A stretch of 64,000 bases of DNA from Sphagnum compactum (Eukaryota), in NCBI GenBank assembly GCA_965153455.1, contig OZ234493.1, positions 22,062,213-22,126,212 on the forward strand, given 5' to 3'. The notes under the pieces were generated by a model. That model worked only from the letters and a program-made list of their open reading frames with translations, made no database searches and had not been told where the DNA came from. A program made the position numbers and the translations under genes. Positions within the stretch are counted from its first letter, which is position 1. The number at the start of each line of letters is the position of its first letter. Below are positions 49,453 through 63,306 of this stretch, piece by piece.

Positions 49453-51939
49453 TTTAGTCTAGCTTCTTAACTACATATACTTATTAGAGTTAGTGGAAAG
49501 ATATCCATTTAAAGGTACATATTGGTTTTAGAAGAATTGCCTCATTCACGTGACTTTCATGTTTTGTAGACTTGGCTGGATTTCCAAATTTGAAAGTTGG
49601 AGTATAGTCAATGTTTAGGCAGGCAAGTGATTACACTATTAGAAACATCATAATCCAATGGTAAGTATGATCTTTTAAGAGCATTGTGTAGGTTGACTAC
49701 TCAAATGTTTTTAATGGCTTTTATCAACCTATGAATATTACAAAACATTTTTGTGTAGAACCTTGTAATTTCATTGAGAGTAGAAACTCAAATCTAAATG
49801 TGAATTCACCATTTCTTCATTTCCTGCATATAATTTTATCATTTTCATCTAATCAAGCTCCCACTATTTAACAAAAGAAAATATGATATGAATTATGATG
49901 AGTTAATGTTTGAATATTTTTCATTGTGTGTTACTTATTATTTGGGGTAATCCATTATGTGATGTACACCTAGTTGTGAATTGGTTGTAAATGTCCCGTT
50001 ACTATTCATTAGCAACTATACCCAAAACAAAAATAGTGCTCGGGATTCCTTGTTTGGATGGGGCAACAGAATTGGGAACTTTTGACAAATATATTTTGCC
50101 CCAACATTGTAAGCCTTTTTGTTTATGTACCAGTTCAAGTCTTGAAAGAATTTCCGTGGAAACATGAAGTCATAGTATGAGTTTGATAGGGCATAAAGCT
50201 TTACATCTTGATTTGTTAAAATTTTAGCCTTTTATGAGAGTCTTATTTCAAGAGTTTGCGTAGTAAAACCTTCCATGTGGATCTAATTTAATGATCTTTA
50301 TGAAACTTCTTAAAATGCTTAAGCATGATGTATTTTGCATTCTTTTTCGACAAATTAACAACCAACCCCCTTTTAACATGACACATATTATTTAGAGATT
50401 ATTTAAGTTTCTAGGGAAAATATGGGAATGTGATATCTGCAGGTGGACTGGTGGCAATAACCCGTGAGGTGGCAATTGGAATATTTCCCAATTTCATATA
50501 GACTTGGTGAAATAGGCTATCAAATTGTTTGCAAAAGATCGGGAAATTTGTTCCTTACAACATCTTTGTTTTATTTTGTGGACAAGGTCACCAAAAGATT
50601 GATGAATTCATCAATTAACCTACAATGAATATTAAGAAGGTTAAAGAATTGTTGCAGCAAGAAAGTTGGATAGATTAGTTTCTACATTCTTTTTTAACAC
50701 TGTTTTCATCTAGTTATATTGTCCCTGGTGTATTACAGGCTAGTAGACCATGGCATGTTCATTTGAATAATAAACATGTGAAATAAAAAATTGTACTCAT
50801 ATTCTCAATTTTTTCCATTGACACAAATTACTTGTTATATATGTATTTTCAATTGAACATAGATGTTCAGATGATTTGAACATTTTGCTTCTACTTGTTT
50901 TCCATATGTTGGGCTAGTTGATATGCATTACTAAACCCACGAAATAACAATTCATTTGTTCATAAATGGAGTGTGAATTATTTTGAATGTGTTTTGAATT
51001 GATCAAGTATGGTTGTGATGTTACAAAAGTGGTGCGATTTCAATTTTGTTCTTATGATATTTCATCCATCATGTGTATATATCTAAGACATATGTGGTAA
51101 TCAACTAAATGAATGTATATGTGTCATCTAAGTTTTTATCATGTATCAATATTGACCTAGAACATAAACACTTGCAGTGGACTATATTTAAATGATAGGA
51201 TGACTATAAAAAAGTATGGCAATATGTTGGATGGCAAAAGACCTATCAAGGAATTAAGGTGTGTTTGACATGTGTTAGTGGAGGTAATAGTAAGGGTCGA
51301 TGTGCAATGAAAGAAAGGATAGAATGAAGAACAAGAATTTGATGAAGATTAGTTGTGTGAGGAAAATAATGTACACACAAACATCGTAGCAGATGATGTC
51401 TCTGAATGGGACTTAATTGATCCATTTCAACCTAAAGAAGTTTATCAACATTTGTTCATGGATTCAACTTAAACGCATGTGAAACCAATGGCGCAAGTGC
51501 TTATGGTGTTTTACGACATAAATTTGGTAATTCAAGAATTCATGGTTGGGTGTACATGTGGATTGAATAGTAATTTGCCTATGGAAAATATTCAAGAATT
51601 TGAAGTTCAAGCATTGATGTCTCCTACAATTGGATTGCACCAATCAAGTCATAATATGTGAACCAATGTGTACAATCAATTTGGAGGCTTGTTTTACAAC
51701 CCATATTCAATGCAGTAATTTCATCCTAGTGCCAACAAGTTGAACTTTGACATTCATAGAATGCATTTGATCGCCATGCCATGCCAATTATACCAAATTG
51801 GATGGTACCCTAGGATGTTCAAGTACCATAATAGATAGGAAGAAGCAAGAATGCACATGAGAATATATTGATATGAGGAAACTGAAACAAACACATGAAC
51901 ACTAACAAACATTTGTAATTTGAAATGGATTTTTTTATT

Positions 51940-52600
51940 AAATGAAGTTTGGCCAAGTGTTGGATTATATCATTTTGGAATTGAAAGTGCAAGTTTTCAT
52001 TTTCCATATCTTTTGTGCCTCTTTTGAATTCTTCAAATGTTAAGCCTCTTTTTGGGGTGGCACATTTTATGGCTCGGGTTGTGGTACATCATTTTGTAGG
52101 TCACATTCAACTATCATGTCATGGAAGATGATACACACATACATAATATGTGTGATGGTCATAGTGTCCCCATTGCCTCACCAAGTTTTGAATGATTGCA
52201 ATTTGAGACTACAAAATGACAAAACACCTCTCTACATTTTTTTGTACAACCTTTTGTTTAATGGCAAGAAAAACACATATTTCATCTTGAGGTTCATGAA
52301 CAGTTTCACAAAACAAGACCAAGGAAAATAAATCTCAAATGTAAATGAATAGTACATGGGGTACAATTTTCTATTCACCTCATAAACTAACATCCGTCAA
52401 GCTATGGTGCATTTCTAAAGAGGAAAGAGGTCAAGGACACCAATGCAATTAGATTGTTGGACAAAATAGTTGTCAAAATCACATTTTGAATCAACAATGT
52501 GCAAAAAAATTGGCCTTGACATTCGAACCTTTGCCAAAAGTGCTCCTCACTATAAACATGGTTAGGGACAAAATAATCGCACCACAACCCCCTAAAAGTT
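51940..52600 (-). mobile_element. PIF/Harbinger DDE transposase pseudogene fragment
   Basis: WCDYFVPNHVYSEEHF..(fs)RMSRPIFLHIV..DNYFVQ..*KCTIA*RML, then VERCFVIL*SQIAII, IMYVCIIFHDMIVE and LHFQFQNDIIQHL. These are typical plant PIF/Harbinger motifs, with stops, frameshifts and an internal deletion. Confidence 0.85.
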
Positions 52601-54649
52601 TAACCCTTTCTACATCCTTTTTACCAATATTGGAAACTAAAACTTTTGGGCCAATTCCTATTCATCAACAAAATGGATCACAAAATTAATATGTGAATTC
52701 AAATTAATTCACACTCTTAAAAGCATTATAATAATCTAATGTGAGACTAAACAAGCGTAATTTGAAGGTGGGTCCAAATTTCACTCACTAAAAAACACTC
52801 AAACATGACACTCACATATGTGCCTTAATTTAATTAACATTCACCATGATAAGTTAGGTACTCATTCATCAAATTTAAAAACATAACCCCAAGGGTGATG
52901 GGTCAATGGTATAGCCCAAATTTGGTGTGGGAAATGGAAACTTAAGTTTGGCTAATTGATGTGTAAAGTAACACCCAAGGAGTAGGGCATTCTTCAAGTA
53001 AGTGCCCCGCATTACATTGCATAATGGACTAGGATGATTTTTTTTTCCTTTTTTTTTCAACATGTGTTTTGTTTTTGGAAATAACATACAATTTTCAAAA
53101 TATAAATTCCTCTTGATAAAATGCCCTTCATATACATTAAAAGATTATGCTAGTGTTTTACAAATTAAAAGTTATACTTTCAACTTCAAAAATTGAAACA
53201 ATGAAAGCATAACCTTTTTAATATGAGGATTATACACATGAAATCTTAGCTACTACAATAAAGATGTGCATAAAGTTGCCCAAAATTGGGACAAGAACCT
53301 TAACTTTGGGCAAAATGTGAAACTAGTTGTTAAACTTGGCATGAAGTTGGTGCAAATGAAAAAAAACAAAGGGGGTGAAACTCATAATTACACCAAAATT
53401 GGTGCATTCCAAGTCGGATGATTTAGGTTATATGTCCTCAAACTTCATGTAACAAAAAAAATCTTGGAAAATTTTAGAAAGGTGTGGTTGCAACTTTTGG
53501 TTTCATTTGTTTGTTTCAAAATAATTCCATGTGATAGAAGCAATGTCAAAGAGTTTCAAATAACGTTTGTATTGTTTCAAGGTCTATTTCAAAAGAACTT
53601 CAAGTTACATTTCATGTTTTTAATGTTGGAGAGTTTCAAAAAGTGGGTTGCAACTTTTATTTTCAAGTTTTGTTCCAAAAAAAATGGTGTGAATGGGGGA
53701 GGAAAGAGAGGGCATGGAAAAAAGGGTAGAGCCTTTAATAAGATTAAGAGTTTCAAAGACAATTACATGTTTGTTATAACATCAATAGAAGGAGAGTAAC
53801 ATGCGTTTGTTGCAAAAATATTCAAAGTTCAAAAGGTTGAATGGTGCCATCGAGGTTTCACAAAAAGAGGGCAGTTGTGGAACATGCATTGTGACAAGAG
53901 AAGGTGGCATGGAATAGAGGTCATCTACAAATGAAGATCTACCACTCTCTTTTTCTCTCAAAAATTTATTTTGGTTTTGCCTTGTTTTGCCATCATTCTA
54001 TCTATTTGCTTCTTTATCTTTTTTGTCTTTTTCTTTTGTTTACCCTGCATTTTTTTTAAAAATTCTTCTTTATTTGGCATTTTTTCCTTCGGCTAGTAAT
54101 TTTTCTTTATTTTATTTGCTCTCTATCTACCACACTCTCTTTACTTCAATTGGTTTCTTGTTGTCTGTCAATTTCATACCTTTCGTTTTTTTCAAATTTG
54201 CCTTTTTTTTCCTTTCATTCTTGTTTTTTCTCTTTCTACTTGTTTTTATCTGTTTTTCTTTCATTTTTTTGTTTTCTCTATCTACCACTCTTTCCCTCTC
54301 CCTTGCCTTGCCTCTTTAGCAATTCATAAAAGGTTTTGTGTTTGATGGAATCTCATAATAGAAAAATAAACCCTATTTTTTAGCTACATTGTGAACAATG
54401 AACTTTTTAAAAGGCTCCTTAAGATCTAAAGCAAATGGTGCTAGATCAATAATTGGAAAAAAAACAAAAAAGGTAAAACAATGCTTTCAAGTAGAAGCTT
54501 CGGCCTCCTTGCAATGAAACAATGTCATGAAAATTGTCTCCTTAAAAAGGGTGACTAAAGATTCATAAGGCAAACAAACATTAGTTATGAAGGAAACAAC
54601 TTGAATTGTGTAGAAATCAATTCAATGTTTGAAGAACACATTGGAGCCA

Positions 54650-55680
54650 AACCACGCACTCCTAGAGACCAGAAATGAGGAGACAACTCATTTTCAGTAG
54701 GAAGAAGGCCGTCATGTCTCACTCTTCAGCGAGCATGCAATGAACTCTTGACAGTAATGCAAAATACCAGTCATGGAGAATGTTGCCTGTAACTTGTGAT
54801 CTCAATGATGCTGTCTTGCTCTGTGAAAGATACCCCTGCAGGTAAACAGAAATTGACATCTGCTCTCCAAAGAGAAAAAAGTAATAGAGACATTGCTTTA
54901 GCCACAGCTAATATGGAGTGTTGAAAAACACTTGCAGCAATTCACATATGAGTGCTTTGGTTTTGAATACCAATGCGAGTCTGGGAGAAACATTGCTTGA
55001 GAAAACAAAGAAATGTGATAGATATGTGAACATACTGCAAGACAGAATGCAAGAATGGTGCTGCATAGCTGACCCCCATTTTTTGCTACCAACTTTCACA
55101 ACCAGATCTGCATTGTCAGCAGCAGCCTACTCACATGAAATGGACTGCTGCAAACCTTTTGTTGCAGGAAATTTGCCTCCATGCTTACTTGCTTGCAGTG
55201 AGCAGAGTTAATCACATTACACCACCTTGTATGCGTCAATAATCTTCTTGTTCTTCTTTTTATCATAATGCTAATGGAGGTACATGCTGTCTGCCAAGAA
55301 CTGCAAGGTCTAAGGCATCAAACAATCTTAGAAATTATGTCTTCAATATCAAATGTGAAGTTTGCACAATGCATATGTCTTCATTTCTCTATCTCTCAGT
55401 TAGCGCAACACGCGAGACATGAGATCAGATCCGTAGGGTTTACTTCATCGCAGAACTCCGCGCATCGTAATCTCCGCTCGCATCTCCTTCTTTCACGAAT
55501 CAAACCTCAGAAAAATAGAAATCAATCCGAGTTTCTGAAAACGACTTCGCGATCGTCATCAAGGCACGATTGCGGGTGGGAGGAAAGAAAGATTGATCGC
55601 AGCTCCAAGAGAGAACGTCTGGCAATCAATGGGGTTCCGTCCATTCAGACAGACGCACAGACAGACTTACTGAATTAATA
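54650..55680 (-). other. Unidentified gene-like or pseudogene locus (GC-richer 5' block and splice-site-bounded segments)
   Basis: CpG-rich block at 55400-55670; minus-strand acceptors ccttgcag (~55301), tcttgcag (~55034) and cctgcag (~54836); one segment reads FLADSMYLH*HYDKKKNKKIIDAYK. No family recognised. Confidence 0.3.
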
Positions 55681-57129
55681 TATAAGATGTCAATCTCCTA
55701 TCTTTCCATATGTTTGCCATTTTCTTTTTCTATTTGTCCGTTCTTTTCATTTTTGTTCATTTTTTTCAATTTTCCCTCTACGTGCCATTTGCTCTTTTTG
55801 TGTTTTATTTACATACTCACTCTCTTTCTTTCATTTGTTTTGTTTTTAAAAAAAAATCTTTTTGTCAATCACCTTCTTTGTCATTATGTGTTTCCCTTGA
55901 TGGTGTTCTGCTTAAAGGTATGGCAAAGTTTAGTTTGGACCCATTGCCCTTAACAAGAAAGTAAATATGAGGTGGTGGGCACCAACATAAGCCAAAGGAT
56001 TATCCAAAAGAGAATGCCCTGAGGTGCATGGTGAAGTTCCTACACTTGAGTTGCATGGCAACCTTTTTCAATCATTGGTCACAACAAGCATGTATTATGT
56101 AGCGAAGACAAGGAAAATCTAACATAATTAATTCCTAACGCAATGTGAAAAATAATGTACCAAGATTACAAGTTAAAATCCTTAGATTCCAAATTTTAAT
56201 AGGAGATAATCAAAGACAAAATACAAAATACATGGTCCAGAGCTTACTACAAGACATTAATTTCCTATAGTTGGGCATTTGTTATTGAAACTTGGTTCAA
56301 TTTGAACACAATTCAAAAACAATTTGTGTTTAGGGGGTTTATCCCCATGGTGTGGCACTAGATTCATCTAAAAAGTTAAATACTTTCAACCATGGAATCA
56401 TCGCATATGTACAATGTTTATAGAAACCATGCCCAATTGTTTGGTTTTTTTAATATTTGAAAGCTAGAGTGGTTCATTTTTTAATCCATTTCAGGGTTTT
56501 TCATAGTGCATTTTTTACATTGCAAAAATTATTTTAAAAATAACTCATCTTTTCCACAAATCAAGGACATTTAACCATGTATTCAAAATGAGTTCCTCCA
56601 ATATATTTAAAGTTCATTGATTCATCCCAAATGGCATTTCCACAATAATGTTTTTTTTTTGGTGTTTTTTCAATTTTTCTAGTGTAGTTTTTATAATATA
56701 AAAAATTGATTAAAAAAACCAACCATATGGGATAAACATTCTAGTTGCAATTTATCGCAACCTAACATTAACCTAAATCACTACGAAACCATAAACATGA
56801 AATGTGGGCAAAAAATCCAATAAAATTTGATGGCCGGAACCATCACATGGAAGACAAAAGGGAAGTCCAAAGAAAGGCCAAAAGATGCATAGTTCATAGG
56901 AACCAAAGAAGGGAGAGAATTAATCCCTCTCATGGTAGGAAGTTATTTCACCCACTGCACCTCTAATGTTGCCTACTTGTAAATTGTGAGGTTTAATAGT
57001 AATAAGAGGTTTAGAACAAACATCTCCCACCAACGCAATCTTCCTCTTTATAGTAGAAGCTAATCATGCTGAATAACAATATTAACACGATGCTTGAAAA
57101 ATTGAATGCAAAAAGACAAGGATAAATGA

Positions 57130-59100
57130 CCTCCCAATCGTCTATCGTGGAAAAGATGAACACACTCCCTAATGAAACAATCCATATCACGCCCAGGTGC
57201 GTTATGCACCTCCATGGCCATCAAAATAAATTGGTGCCCCTCATGAAACCTTATATACTTGTGAATCTTAATAATGGCGTTAAATTTCGTAGTTGCACCT
57301 TTTGGTCAATTAATGACACTTGTAGCCACTATTTTCCATGTCGAGTTGGTAACCACCACAATGGCAACAAAGACTTGGTCCTCATGAGTCATGTAAAAAT
57401 CGATTTGTAATGAAACTCCCAACGTAAAGGTGTATCACCGCTCTTTCCATATAGCATGCCCACTCTTTCAAGCAAGGGCATACATGATGTTTTTAATGGC
57501 ATCATGTGTGGCTATCCGTTGGCCTTCGAATAGACAACTTGTTAGATGTGTGTTAGATGCGTCTAACCCATGTCCACACTCACGCATGAAAAGACTAGAT
57601 GTCGAGGGTTGAATCAAACCGAAACAAAAATGCAACTTTGAGGTGAAAGTAGAGTGTGTGATGTGGAACGAATGGATAGATGGCCTAGCAATCAACCATA
57701 GCCCCGCTTCCTTGACCAAACAAGGGCAAATGTGAACTCTAGATGATGAAGAAAGTGGAGCCATTTTCCAAAATACACTTAAAGGAGGTGTCATGATGGA
57801 TGTCCATAAAAAATGCTTGCAGACTTAGGGCGCCAATAACTACCAAACTCTCAAAAGAAGGGTGCATCTCTTTAGCTACAGGAAGAAGGCTATCCCAAGT
57901 TGCAGGAAGGCATGATTAAAGGAAGTGTGGGCCTCTTTCAACTTAGGAAACATACTCCTTTAGAACAAGTCTATCAAAAATACGAAACATGGAGCACAAA
58001 TATGGAACCACCAAACCCCAACTCCTTATAAATGTAGATGCAGTACAATCCTCCATAGATTAAAAGCTTATACCATCAAAAGAGATCAGGAATTGAGCTT
58101 GACACCTCGTTAAAGGGCCTTTAATAAACTCCCATGACCTTAAACCCATAATGTCCCCACATATCTGCATAATTCTCCTATCAAAACTCACCAAAAGAGA
58201 TGGGAACCCTCGAAGAGGTCCTTTATTTGCCCTAACCCATTATCAAACGTTCCTAAAAACCATTGTGCAAGCCCTCAATTGTGTATTTTGATCCCTAGCG
58301 GACAATACCCACATTGTGGGCCCTATAAGCAAAATTATCCCTACCTTTGACCACCTTTCCACTTAATTAGCCTAAGTTGGGCTTAGGGTCAAGGTGTGAA
58401 AATGCAAGCTTTAAAATCCATCAGGGATCTCTTCAAACATAAAGATTTTTTAGGGTTACACTTTGGTCACAAATGGCTTATGCATTTTAGTGTGCTCATG
58501 GGTTCTTAGGACTTTGTCACACATTTTTTTAATGAGATTTTATTTCAAGATGTGGCACATATTGATGATCTTCCTCTCTTCGAATATGACTTTATAATGG
58601 TGACCCCCTTCTCATGTTGCCCATGTTGGAAACAAAAAGAAAAATGAGCATCATAAAACAACCTAGTAGAAGGAACAATGCTCACCAAAGGTCCCTTGAC
58701 ATCTTGGAATTCTCTAAAAAATAAATTAAAAAAATGATATTAAAAATATTTTCGACATCGACTTACATCATGACCTAATCAGGGTGTAGGTTGAAGAGGG
58801 GTTTGATGCCAAAGGGATGGTCTCATAGCCTCTAGGGATCAATACTCCAAATTGGTGGGGGGATAGGTGCTTTTGAAATGGCCCTCGAAGCTGTAGGACA
58901 ATGGAATGACTTATAAGTCAAAGGAACGCCTTGCTTATGGCAATAGGACGAAGACCTCTAATGTCCTTTGTCATTGCCAATAATCTATTTACATAGCCAA
59001 ATACCTAACTAATTACCTATTCACTTTTCCCACCCCCAGCCCCCCAATCCAACCCCCAACATTAGGGCCACCAACGTAGGGGTATCACACAGGGATATCA
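57130..59100 (-). mobile_element. Decayed CRE-clade-like non-LTR retrotransposon (RT plus C-terminal Cys/His region), with an internal inverted segment
   Basis: Minus strand: RLLAMTKDIRGLRPIAI (~58985-58935), HLSPHQFGV, FYDAH..QHGQHE (~58660-58610), CQAQFLISFDGI..RSWG (~58105-58015) and AGLWLIARP..ECGHGLD..HLTSC..GQRIATHDAIK (57715-57495). Plus strand: GPLFALTH..LADNTHIVGP..VGLRVK (58215-58395). Confidence 0.8.
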
Positions 59101-62100
59101 CCACAGGCAACAATAAAAGTAAGTTAAAATAGTTTTGAAAACCTTGGGGATGGGTCCTCTATTATGAAGCATCCTGAGAGATGTTCATAAACCATTATAG
59201 ATAGCCCACTTGAAAACAAATGGGGAGTAATGGCTAAAACCTGTGCAAACAAAGTCTTATTCAAGACAAAAGTGTGCTCAAGCTAACAATGCAAAATAAG
59301 TGGAAGGACATGGTCTAATGGAAGGGGGTGTAGTCAACATAAAGTTACAATGGTGTCATGGGTTGAAGAGCTATAATAGTGCGACTATATTCTTTGGCTC
59401 TACCTAAAAGTTAGACATTGACGAAGTTATACTTTAGGCTATTCTAAGTTATTTAAAATTATATTTTAGGTTATTTTACCCTAAGTTATTATAGCCTAAA
59501 AAAAAAAAAAATTTAGAACACTAGCAAATATAATATTTTGCAACCATCGATTTTGTGACTACATGTTGCTTTGTGTCATTTGCAACTATTTTTAAAACTA
59601 CTAACTACCTTTGAATTTCTATGACTATATTATGATTACATTACAATTATTGTGAGCTTCACCTTCCATGTGAATGACTTTAATGTGTATTTTCTTTCAA
59701 AAACATGGTAATATATTTATGGATAAGGTTTTAAATATTTGAAAAGCTTAGTTTTAAAGTTCTATTAAGGTGATAACATATGTTAAAATTGTGTAAATGA
59801 ACTAAGGGTATATTAAGGTTATTACTACTGTATTAAAAATATATTAATAATGGTTAAACTAAATGTGTCAAATATTAACCAAATTTTAATCAAGCTTGAA
59901 AAAAAATAGTTTACTGTAAACCAAAATTTAAACCTTCTGTAAACATGGACAAAAATAGGTAGATAAATAATTAATAAAATAAGCCTAAAGTAAGTAGGTA
60001 GGTGGATTCTACTTTGACCCTAAACTATGAATGGGGCAAAGTTCAGACTGGGGAAAAAATCGCAGCAGTACTTTTTATACTGACTGCATTTAATTCTTTA
60101 GCACCATGCCCCCAAACGACTTTAATCGGTTGCCAGATCTTTTTGTAGTGGATCAATTTTTAAACATGAACTCAAGGGGATCTTGTTGGGCTACTTCCCT
60201 CTATATTTCACTTTAAATTGACATAAGTACCTCAACATAACCATTAGCACTTTATATTATACTTCACAGTATGGGCTCACACAAAAATGATTAGTGAATT
60301 TCCATTGGAAAAGTCTTTGGATGAGTTTGGGAAGCTCTTGGAATTTTCATGGTTACGGACCCTTGCTCTAGTATGAAAGAATCCAAAATCCTTCAAGATG
60401 TCATAACTCTATGATAACTAATCTCAAGTTTCAACACAAGCCAAAATATCATCTTTCAAAAATCCTCATATAAAAATATACCTATTATTACCTAGTAGGG
60501 GCCAAAATCCCTTAAGCTACTCTCCTCTATAATGAATCTCGACGCAATATCCTTGCTTGGGTAGGCAAGGCCAACAACAAATGGCAGTAGGATGGCTCCA
60601 ATTCCAGTTCAAACCAAAGGTTAGAACCAGTGTTGGCCAGGACAACCAACTCGGTTTTCAACCCAATTATTAATAATCTACTAGTCAGTTATTTATTTAT
60701 ATTAAATACCTATCAATAACCTATTTAGATAACCCAGTTATTGTCAAGGTAGGTTATCGATCCTAAAACATTAAACATGTTTACGGAAAAAAAAACCAAG
60801 GGAAAAAAAGTGTTGAAAAAACCCCTAGATAATTGAAAAAATAATTTGTGGTTCTGAAATCATTCTCAATCCAAGTATTTGAGAACCAACCCTTATGCAT
60901 AACTGACAATTATTACCAAAAAAAATAACAGAATACATTCATAATCAGAGTTACTACTTTGACAATGAAATTGATAACTGATAGTTTTTTTTTTCCCAAA
61001 AAACATTGATATTGATAATTGACGGTTATGAAAAAAGAAATAACCCGCCCAACACTAGTCAGAATGTTAGAACTCCCAACTTTGAGTTATTGACATTGGG
61101 CGGGATAGAATTGAAAAAATATGGAATAAAAGGATGCTGCTGGTGTTTGAGGTGTTGCATACATGAAAAAAAATTAGAGGATTCTTCCTTTGGATTGCTT
61201 GGATCCTTTTACTTCTTATTTATAAATTGTTATAATCATTGTGACTGACTTTTTTGTGATTTTTTGACATCAAAAATGTGATTTTGATCTATGCAAGTAT
61301 TTATATGAAATGAATGTCAGATTGAAATTGGAATTGGGAACTGGCCTCAAGCTAGAATCAGCCCCAGAACCAGCCCCAAAACCCATATTATGCAAGTTTT
61401 CAGCTCTTCAGTTTTTTAAGAAAATGTTTTAAAACATTTATGGTTTGTACATTATACCTAAGTAGGGGTTTTTTCAACAAACTACAGCCAATGGACAACC
61501 GCTAAGCGCAGTGTTCCCTTGAGCTTAGTGATTGCCATTGGCTGACTAATAATTCAAGTGACGAATTTTCTTGCTTAGTGAGCTGGTATAGGGAGGATTT
61601 TGCATAATTTTTCGTACAATTGTCTATTGATAATTTCAGCTAACTGGAATGTGAAGGATGGTATGAAAACCTTACTACCTCACTCTTTCTTTTAATAATT
61701 ACCTCCCTCCTCTCCTCATAATTAGGTTGACCTTTTTCTATACTCATCAAAATAAATATATAAAATATATTAACATGTGCTTTTTTCATGTCCATAATAT
61801 TTATATTTACATTATTTATAAATTAAAAATTTATTGCCCCAAGCTAACGGATGTGCATGGGTAGATTTTGGGTGCACTCATTCAATTGATGGGTTGTTTT
61901 GAAAACTCCCCCATATATTTGTCGGGTTTCTTCTCAAAATATGAATGTTGGGTAATTGATTTAGTCATGCCTCTATATCATTTTAATTTTTTAATTTTTT
62001 GGGTTGTCACTGACCTGTTTGTATCATGAGGTTTCATATCACTATGAAATGTAAAAATAATAATTCATATGACTAATTTTTTAAATGACTTTTTATAAAC

Positions 62101-63306
62101 ACGTAAATAATTATATTTTAATTTAAAAATACTATTAAAATGAAATTCTTACAAAATCGATTAAATAAAACATGTCAATTTAAAAATAAATTATAAAAAA
62201 TTGGTTTTTGAGATATAATTTGATTTTATTTAAAAAACTTTTATAAGGCTTTGATGAAGATTTATAAAAAGAATTATAATGCAAGATTTAATTTTTAATT
62301 GATTAATTTGTTTGTATTGTTGTTGCCTTTTATTTTATAAAAATTTATTATTGCCCTAAGATAGTGTACATGCATGTATGATTTTAGCTTTTACCAAGCA
62401 TGTATGGGGGCAACCACAACTAATTCTCTAATAATAATAATGATGATGAATTATTGAAAACCATATGAGAACATAAGAAGAGGGAAAATAAAATAAAATA
62501 GAATTTCATCATCATTGGTCCTGAGCTGACCCATACAAGGAGGGTATGGCACGCAGAAGGAAAATATTAAACAGGCCAAAGGAAATGAATGCAGTCAGTA
62601 CAAAAGTATTGCTTCGATTTGTTCCTTCAGTCTGCCCATTTGCTCTGGCCTGTTTAGTATTTTCCCACGCAGAAAGGTACAAGATTTTTCCCTGACGCTT
62701 ACCGACATTTTCCTCTCCTCTCCTTTCCCGTACCCCTCTCTCAAAGCTACCATAGTTGTTCCGTTTGCTAGTGGCCAGACGATCTTGGTTTCGTAATCAC
62801 GAGTGCTTGCGGGCAAGGTTTTGTTGCTCAAGTTGTTCTGCTTTTGAGAGTTAACGATAGTACCTGGAACAAAGTGGAAGTCTTGTAATGAAAATTGGAA
62901 TTCGACTGAGACCAATTGCCGAAATCAGCTACTCCCAGGTACTCTTCCTCTTTCATCAACCGTTTGTTAAGTTTATAATACAACTGGTGTGCACAAGAGA
63001 CTTCGTAGTTTTTGGGATTCCTGGATTTGTTCAGGCGAAAGAGAGGGCTTGATAACGGTTGCAACGGAATTTAACACCGGCTCGTGACTGATCGGGTTTA
63101 CAGAAGTCACGACCATTTACTGCCCGGCACAAATGTATTGAACTTATAGCCGCCACACCCTTAACTGTGCCGTTTTTGAAAACTTCAAAGTTTGAAACCT
63201 CAACTGTTGAGAAATGCACAGATGTGTTAGGTTGTGGAATGGTTGCTGAAAAGAGTTAAAGATCATGTATTGATGTTCAGATTTTGAAATTGGGTGGGCA
63301 ACAGGC

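Noticed and set aside
50090-51800. Possible further DNA-transposon coding remnants
   Set aside because: Composition is suggestive, but no motif could be read with confidence.
53987-54319. Phe/Leu-rich pseudo-membrane ORFs (also 55687-55964)
   Set aside because: They are translations of T-rich low-complexity DNA.
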